Shown here: positions 58,087 to 64,000 of the stretch, one piece after another
Position numbering within the stretch: position 1 is the first letter of the stretch
Layout of the letters: each line of letters opens with the position of its first letter
Source of the DNA: Gammaproteobacteria bacterium
GTDB lineage: Bacteria; Pseudomonadota; Gammaproteobacteria; Eutrophobiales; Eutrophobiaceae
Length of the DNA: 64,000 nt
Direction: 5' to 3'
Assembly (NCBI GenBank): GCA_965222155.1
Contig: CBDCTH010000012.1
Span: 3,264,001 to 3,328,000 of the forward strand
Translations under genes and position numbers: made by a program
The notes under the pieces: model-generated
Told to the model about the DNA's origin: nothing
Databases searched by the model: none
What the model saw: only the letters and a program-made list of their open reading frames with translations

Positions 58087-58202
58087 GTTATGATATTTTA
58101 TTCAGAGGTACAGCATAAAAACCAATACTGCCATCAGCGGTCACCTCAATCATCTGTGAACCAATAAGTTTTTATCTGCGTTCATCTGCGTAATCTGCGG
58201 AT
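58056..58202. repeat. Perfect 31-bp inverted repeat pair (REPIN-like)
   Basis: ATCCGCAGATTACGCAGATGAACGCAGATAA at 58056-58086 and its reverse complement at 58172-58202. Confidence 0.88.
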
Positions 58203-58250
58203 AAAACATCTATAATCTTCGGATGTAACATAAGCCTTGGTGAGTGGCAT

Positions 58251-58925
58251 GTGAGCATGAATATCCTGTCAGCTATCACGTTGTTAATCGGTCTGTCCCT
58301 GTTGGCGGGGTGCAAGAGCACCACGGTTATAGACGAGTATCGTGAAGCTTCTACAGCGGCGATCGGCCAGGGTGAGGCCATCGTGATACTGGGACGCCGG
58401 CATAGCTCCAGCTACGAGACCGAGGACGATTTCATAAGCTGTGTGGGCAAGTCACTGGGGCAGGGGCAATCCGACATAGACGTGATCCCGGAAAAAGTCT
58501 TCGTTGATGGCATGTATCCTTATTTTGAGACCAGCACCGCGCCCATGGATGTCAGGAACCTGAATAAACTGGTCGAGATCCCCGCTATCGCCGCTAAATT
58601 CAATGAGTTCAACATCCGTTTTTTCGTCTGGATCGACGGCGCCACTGAAAGAACGGATTCATCGGGTTCCGTCTCCTGTGCGGTCGGACCCGGCGGCGGC
58701 GGCTGTTTCGGGTTTGCCTATTGGAAGGATGAAGCCAACTATGAGGCCAGTATATGGGACTTCAAGAAGTTGGCCCTGTCCGGAAAGATCAATGCCGAAA
58801 CCAAAGGCACGTCATACATGCCGGCTGTAATCATTCCAATCCCCATGCTCGCCCGAGTCCAGGAAAACGCCTGTAAATCCCTGGCCAACCAGATCAGGAT
58901 ATTCTTCTCGCAACAACCGGGTTAA
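58251..58925 (+). CDS. Uncharacterised lipoprotein
   Basis: Lipobox LLAGC; paired cysteines including SCAVGPGGGGCFG. Confidence 0.75.
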   Translation: MSMNILSAITLLIGLSLLAGCKSTTVIDEYREASTAAIGQGEAIVILGRRHSSSYETEDDFISCVGKSLGQGQSDIDVIPEKVFVDGMYPYFETSTAPMDVRNLNKLVEIPAIAAKFNEFNIRFFVWIDGATERTDSSGSVSCAVGPGGGGCFGFAYWKDEANYEASIWDFKKLALSGKINAETKGTSYMPAVIIPIPMLARVQENACKSLANQIRIFFSQQPG

Positions 58926-59118
58926 CCTGTCGTCATTCCGGCGAAAGCCGAGTAGTGGCACATGGATGTGCCGTTTACGAACCAAAGGATGGAAATCCAG
59001 TTCAAGCGTCGTGCCGATCCGGAGGCCATATTGGAATTTCTGAAATTACGCACTATATTCCAACGTGTACCAGGTTGTCGAGTTCAGGCAAGGCCATCTT
59101 CCAACCTGCAAATAGTGA

Positions 59119-59145
59119 TAATGTACGGAAAAGTGCTGTACATTA
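59119..59145 (+). promoter_or_regulatory. Palindromic operator upstream of the DUF1778-GNAT TA operon
   Basis: TAATGTAC-N11-GTACATTA. Confidence 0.6.
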
Positions 59146-59202
59146 TAGCCAATGCTGATATGCTTGACAGTAAGTTAAAATATTCGGTGGAGAAGCTAAA
59201 TC

Positions 59203-59472
59203 ATGGCAACATCACGTATAGATATGAGGGTCGATGAGACCATTAAGGCGGCTGCAGAAAAAGCAGCGGCTCTTGAGGGTATGAAGAGTCTGACTGAATA
59301 TGTAGTCCGACTGATTGAGAAGGATTCACAACGGGTAATCAAGGAGTATGAATCGGTCACCCTCAAGGATGACGTATTTGATCGATTTATCCGGGCCTGT
59401 GATGCAGCACAAGCGCCTAATCAAAAACTGCGGGAGGCCAGGGAGCTTGCCCGGCAGAAGAATATCCGGTGA
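59203..59472 (+). CDS. DUF1778 ribbon-helix-helix antitoxin (TacA/AtaR-like)
   Basis: RIDMRV..K..EKAAAL.G..SLTEYV, FDRF..PNQKL. Confidence 0.88.
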   Translation: MATSRIDMRVDETIKAAAEKAAALEGMKSLTEYVVRLIEKDSQRVIKEYESVTLKDDVFDRFIRACDAAQAPNQKLREARELARQKNIR

Positions 59473-59990
59473 TCCCTTCGTCCCAATTCGTTGAATTGGA
59501 TAAAGTCGTTCATGATCGCAAATCTTTTGATTGCGGCGCGGAAGAGTTGAACCTGTTTCTTCAGCAGTTTGCTGTCAAGCACAGAACAGCAGGTATCAGT
59601 ATGACAATGGTGTTGCCGGCCAAAGAGAGCAAAGCCGGTATCTGTGCCTACTACACGCTGTCCCACACTGAGATAAAACGACAGACGTTACCGAAGTCAG
59701 TCGCAAAGAAGTTACCTTATTATCCGATTCCAGTGATGCTGATAGCGCAACTCGCAGTGAATAAGAAAGCTCAGGGTCAAGGGCTTGGTAAAATCACACT
59801 GATTCGTGCATTACAACATGCCGGCGAAATCAATGAGCATTTGCCCTCTTATGCCATAGTGGTTGATGCGTTGGATAATCAAGTTCAGGGATTTTACGAG
59901 CAATTCGGTTTTACAGCTCTCGACACCCACAGCCATCGCAAACGCCTCTACATGACCATGCAAACTGTAGTGCAATTATTCAGTGAATAA
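59469..59990 (+). CDS. GNAT acetyltransferase toxin (TacT/AtaT-like)
   Basis: HDRKSFDCG..ELN.FL, YYTLS, PVMLIAQLAV..QGQGLG, VVDA..FYEQFGF. Confidence 0.9.
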   Translation: MIPSSQFVELDKVVHDRKSFDCGAEELNLFLQQFAVKHRTAGISMTMVLPAKESKAGICAYYTLSHTEIKRQTLPKSVAKKLPYYPIPVMLIAQLAVNKKAQGQGLGKITLIRALQHAGEINEHLPSYAIVVDALDNQVQGFYEQFGFTALDTHSHRKRLYMTMQTVVQLFSE

Positions 59991-60147
59991 GGGGATAATA
60001 ATTTAGGACACCCGTATAATCAAGACGGCCCAGACATTTTTACGATGCAATTCATGGGTGTCCTGAATTCGATGCTGAATTCGTTCGATGGTAGGGACTG
60101 AATGATGGTCTACAAAAACAACCGTAGCACCCAAGTCCGACGGACTG

Positions 60148-61395
60148 CTAGCCTGCAGCCATCTCCAGCATGGCGTGCAGCAGCACGTTGCAACCTGCTT
60201 CCAGGTCTTCCTTGCCGGCGTTTTCTGCTTCATTATGGCTCAATCCGCCCTCACAGGGGACGAATATCATACTGGTCGGCGCCACCTTTGACACATTGAC
60301 CGAGTCGTGTCCTGCGCCGCTGACCATCTCCATGTTGGAGTACCCCAGCGAATCAGCCGCGTTACGGACTGCGGTTATGCAATCACCGTCAAATTTTATG
60401 GCAGGGGCGTTCCACTCCTTTTTGATCTCCGCAACGAGGCGATATTTACTGCATTCATTCACGACGATTTCCCGCATTATCCGTTCCATATACCCTACCT
60501 GCTCCTGGTCGGGATGGCGCATATCGACGGTCATGACCAAACGTTCGGGCACAGTATTGCGTGAACCGGGTTCAGCCCTGATATCGCCGAAAGTCATCCT
60601 TGCCCAGGGTTTGAAATCATCAGCGACCTGGTACAGCTTGTCGAGAATCCCGTATAAGGCCATAAAAGGATCCCGGCGGATTTCCATCGGCGTCGTGCCC
60701 GCGTGACACGGCACGCCCTCGATAATCAAATCGTACCAGCCCATGGCCTGTACCCCGCTCACCACGCCGATCCGGAGGCCCTGGTTTTCCAGGATGGGGC
60801 CTTGTTCGATATGTACCTCGAATGCGGCCTTGACAGGTTTTGGCCGGCATTCCCCAGCGCCGAGATAGCCGATTCGCTGGAGCTCATCCTTTGTGGTCCG
60901 CCCCTCTTTATCCGTTCGACTGTGACCGTATTCCAGGTCGAACGTGCCCGCCCAGACACCTGATCCCAGAATGGCCGGTGAAAACCGCGCGCCTTCCTCA
61001 TTGGTCCAGCAGATCACCTCAATCGGGTGTTCAGTGCCAAGATTGTTATCGTTCAGTGTGCGGATCACTTCCAGGCCGGCAAGTACCCCGTAGACACCGT
61101 CAAATTTTCCGCCGGTAGGCTGGGTATCCAGGTGCGAACCGGCGATGACCGGGGGGAGCGAATCGTCCCTGCCCGGACGCCGGGCAAAGATATTACCCAT
61201 GTTGTCAATGGTGATATCGCAGCCGGCCGCGCGGCACCAGGAAACAAATAAATCCCGCCCATGTTTATCCTCATCGGTGAGGGCCTGGCGGTTACACCCC
61301 CCCCGTGGTGTTCTGCCTATCTCTGCCATTTCCATGAGCGAGGACCAGAGCCTGTCACCGGCTATTCTTATCGAGGATGTGTTTGCTGATGTCAT
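60148..61395 (-). CDS. M20-family Zn-dependent amidohydrolase (N-carbamoyl-amino acid/beta-ureidopropionase-like)
   Basis: GSHLDTQPTGGKFDG, WTNEEGARF, EVHIEQGP, HAGTTPM, SGAGHD, SHNEAE. Confidence 0.93.
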   Translation of the reverse strand: MTSANTSSIRIAGDRLWSSLMEMAEIGRTPRGGCNRQALTDEDKHGRDLFVSWCRAAGCDITIDNMGNIFARRPGRDDSLPPVIAGSHLDTQPTGGKFDGVYGVLAGLEVIRTLNDNNLGTEHPIEVICWTNEEGARFSPAILGSGVWAGTFDLEYGHSRTDKEGRTTKDELQRIGYLGAGECRPKPVKAAFEVHIEQGPILENQGLRIGVVSGVQAMGWYDLIIEGVPCHAGTTPMEIRRDPFMALYGILDKLYQVADDFKPWARMTFGDIRAEPGSRNTVPERLVMTVDMRHPDQEQVGYMERIMREIVVNECSKYRLVAEIKKEWNAPAIKFDGDCITAVRNAADSLGYSNMEMVSGAGHDSVNVSKVAPTSMIFVPCEGGLSHNEAENAGKEDLEAGCNVLLHAMLEMAAG

Positions 61396-61654
61396 GTTGA
61401 AATCCCTGGAAATCACGCACTATATCCCAGCGGGTCAGTATTGCCAATTCCATAAAGCCGCATCGTCATTCCGGCATGCGCTGGAATGCCTGCCCCGGCA
61501 TGTTGTCAGGCAGGGACGGACTGAGTTTACAGTTGGTTTTCTGTCCTTTGAGGCGGAATTTGAAAGTATGCGGTTGCCCTGTGACTTGGAGGCTGACAGG
61601 TCTTGCACAGGATGCTATTGTAAACAACCTGTTAACTGTTCATAGGAAACATAC

Positions 61655-62395
61655 ATGAAACTCTTTTATTCACCTTTTCATTCGCTTATTCACAAAGTCC
61701 TGGTTACGATCCATGAGGTTGGACTGTGGGACGACGTCACCTTTGTGCCAACCTATCCGTTCAATAACCGCGCCGGCGAGGATCAGGGAGATAAGTATTC
61801 TATCGCGCCTGTTAATCCTCTTGATAAGGTACCGACACTGGTTCTCGACGATGGACAGGCCATCTACGCCAGTCAGGCAATAGTGGAGTGCCTCGATAGC
61901 ATGAGCAAATCAGGACAAAGACTGTACCCGGAGAACGGCCCGAAAAGATGGGACGCGATTACTCGCCTGGCCCTGGCCGATACCATGTTCGAATCGACCG
62001 TCATGCTGGCGATGGAAGGCTGGAATCCAATAGAAAAACAACGCATCGAATTTTTTGAGTGGATATGGCCGAAGATCATCAGGGGTTGTGACAAACTGGA
62101 AGCTTATTGCAAACGTGGGTTTGATGACTTTGATATCGGTCAGGCTGCAATGTTGCACGCCGTCAGTTATGTGGACTTCCGGGTGAATTTCTACGAAGCA
62201 AAAGACCCGCTCTATCCTGCCTTCGATTGTTTTGAAAACAGACCAAACCTGGAAGCGTGGTGGAAGGACGCCATTCAGCGTCCCTCCGTTACTAACCACT
62301 ACAATGTCGATTTTGAAGGTGATGATTCTGCCGAATTTTGTCAGAAGCATGTTCGGGAAGTGCTTGAATTACAGAAGAAGAATGGCACCCTATGA
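61655..62395 (+). CDS. Glutathione S-transferase family protein
   Basis: MKLFYSP, NPLDKVPTL, SQAIVECLD, DIGQ capping box. Confidence 0.85.
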   Translation: MKLFYSPFHSLIHKVLVTIHEVGLWDDVTFVPTYPFNNRAGEDQGDKYSIAPVNPLDKVPTLVLDDGQAIYASQAIVECLDSMSKSGQRLYPENGPKRWDAITRLALADTMFESTVMLAMEGWNPIEKQRIEFFEWIWPKIIRGCDKLEAYCKRGFDDFDIGQAAMLHAVSYVDFRVNFYEAKDPLYPAFDCFENRPNLEAWWKDAIQRPSVTNHYNVDFEGDDSAEFCQKHVREVLELQKKNGTL

Positions 62396-63093
62396 TTAAA
62401 CATTACTACTGGCCCACGCCCAATGGCCACAAGACTGCAATTATGCTGGAAGAAATCGGCATTGAATATGAAGTCCACCCCATCGACATACATAAAGGCG
62501 CACAGTTTGATGCCGAGTTTATCAGGATAAGTCCCAACAACCGTATCCCTGCTATCGTTGATACTGATGGCCCTGACGGTAAGCTTTACAGCATATTCGA
62601 GTCAGGCGCCATCCTGCTTTATCTCGCGGAAAAAACCGGCAAGCTCTGGCCGGAGGATTTGCAGTCACGCTATGACGTCATGCAGTGGCTGATGTTCCAG
62701 ATGGGGAACGTTGGTCCCATGTTTGGTCAGAATGGCTACTTTCAGGGTTATTGTCCGGAAGATGTTCCGTTGGCAAAGGAACGCTATCACAATGTCTCAA
62801 AGCAAATTTACGCTGTGTTAGACAAACGCCTTGGTGAATTTGCTTACCTGGCGGGTGATGGTTACTCAATTGCCGATGTCGCGACCTACCCGTGGACCAT
62901 GCCCAAGCAACGAACCATGCACAAGATTGAAATAGACGACTATCCAAACGTAAAAAGATGGGCCGATGAGATTTCACAAAGACCTGCGGTACAACGCGCT
63001 GTTGCCGTACTGGCAGGTGACATGAAAGTCGGCAATCCTACCGAGGAAACCTACAAAAACATGTTTGGCAGCGGGCAGTTCGGCCGAGCTTAG
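62392..63093 (+). CDS. Nu-class GST / disulfide-bond oxidoreductase (YfcG-like)
   Basis: WPTPNGHK, SPNNRIPAI, FESGAILLYLAEK, QWLMFQMG, YSIADVATYPW. Confidence 0.9.
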   Translation: MIKHYYWPTPNGHKTAIMLEEIGIEYEVHPIDIHKGAQFDAEFIRISPNNRIPAIVDTDGPDGKLYSIFESGAILLYLAEKTGKLWPEDLQSRYDVMQWLMFQMGNVGPMFGQNGYFQGYCPEDVPLAKERYHNVSKQIYAVLDKRLGEFAYLAGDGYSIADVATYPWTMPKQRTMHKIEIDDYPNVKRWADEISQRPAVQRAVAVLAGDMKVGNPTEETYKNMFGSGQFGRA

Positions 63094-63100
63094 TTATAGC

Positions 63101-63973
63101 TTAATCTTTAATGGGTTTGCGCGCCGTCTTGTAAGCTACATAGCTGTCCGTACGCGTGACCCAGGGCGCGTCGGATTGGACAAAGCCGGGATTCCTGGAT
63201 TCAACATACTCCAGTACGGCCGGCGAAACATCCGACATATCGCTGATTTTTTTCCCTTGCCCATGCCAGTAGTTCACTCCCGGCTGCTTGCCCATCAGGA
63301 AGAACGGATACCAGGGATTCACGTGATTGATGGTGAGATGCGCAGGTGCACTGACCAGGTCTTCGTTTTCAAGGTCGGAGACCTTACCCCGAAATCCATC
63401 CAGGTAGAGCATATTCAGGAATTCCCCGCTGGATGCCAGCGGCCATTCGTCAGGGTCCAGTTTGTTCACAAACCTGAAATGATTGGGTTCAGTCACCCAG
63501 ATGTCATCTCCCGATCGAGTCCATGGATACTGTTTAGGTGTAACCACCACGTCGAACGGTCCACCTTTAACGTCGATGGGACGATTAATCTTATCGGTAA
63601 ACGGATTTACGAATTCATCAATCCGTACATCGCTTCCGGGTTCGGTGAAGTAAGACAGATCGTAGTTACGAAAGTGAAATGACCCGTTACCCAGGTTGCG
63701 CCAAACCATTTTCAGCAGCCCGGTCCAGCCCACCATCGCCTTGGTAGCGTCATGCGTAACCCCGTATATCGTACCCTGGTACCAGTAATGCACCATCCCG
63801 TTTTCCAGCGTGCCTGCGAGCTTGGCATATGCCCGTACGCTTTCCATATTATTCGAGAAATCTATAGCGACCCTCGGTCCGGAACGGGCAGGGCTGACAC
63901 CCAGAGCGCCGCCGGCTGCGGCAAGGGCGCCCGCCCCCTGCAGCAGGGTGCGTCTGTCAATCTTTGCGGTCAT
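63101..63973 (-). CDS. Tat-exported DUF1838-like protein
   Basis: Twin-arginine signal DRRTLLQG; WYQGTIYG, NPFT, PWYPF..MG pattern. Confidence 0.65.
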   Translation of the reverse strand: MTAKIDRRTLLQGAGALAAAGGALGVSPARSGPRVAIDFSNNMESVRAYAKLAGTLENGMVHYWYQGTIYGVTHDATKAMVGWTGLLKMVWRNLGNGSFHFRNYDLSYFTEPGSDVRIDEFVNPFTDKINRPIDVKGGPFDVVVTPKQYPWTRSGDDIWVTEPNHFRFVNKLDPDEWPLASSGEFLNMLYLDGFRGKVSDLENEDLVSAPAHLTINHVNPWYPFFLMGKQPGVNYWHGQGKKISDMSDVSPAVLEYVESRNPGFVQSDAPWVTRTDSYVAYKTARKPIKD

Positions 63974-64000
63974 AATGCTGAACCTGTACGGTCATTATTC

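Noticed and set aside
58962-59237. 91-aa ORF before the DUF1778 antitoxin
   Set aside because: It overlaps the TA promoter/operator, the duplicated leader and the antitoxin start, so it is probably spurious.

Overview
This 64-kb window is probably from a gammaproteobacterium (inferred from gene content; no rRNA, tRNA or CRISPR seen). From left to right it holds: (1) the end of a defence island with a partial YhcG/DUF1016 nuclease, a type III-like Mod methyltransferase with no Res gene in view, and a Gabija-like OLD nuclease plus UvrD pair; (2) a TetR-flanked catabolic island with a split molybdenum hydroxylase (CoxL-like separated from CoxG-S-M), a haem c/PQQ dehydrogenase, a TonB receptor and three Rid proteins, whose three promoters share one operator; (3) a radical SAM gene, a decayed TonB receptor, and fic followed by an hsdR stub; (4) a second catabolic cluster (FAH, Rid, double alpha/beta hydrolase, luciferase-like monooxygenase, hydrolase) carrying an AAA ATPase + TOPRIM-like cassette between duplicated gene ends; (5) a TonB receptor, cupredoxin, phd-vapC, SAM hydrolase, cysC, GATase and addAB, with an 11-unit tandem array between addB and addA; (6) a ~14-kb envelope cluster with an ExbB/TolQ channel, two ExbD-like TM-coiled coil-vWA proteins, an Hsp70-like/FHA protein, a PEGA-FGE protein, a TPR protein and four lipoproteins, interrupted by an RlmJ-like + MNT-HEPN cassette; (7) a DUF1778-GNAT TA pair, an amidohydrolase, two GSTs and a Tat-exported DUF1838-like protein. 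The envelope cluster is the best candidate for an uncharacterised system, a putative ion-driven motor. Intergenic DNA is rich in REP-like and MITE-like repeats, some nested. All calls come from reading motifs by eye; no database searches were run.
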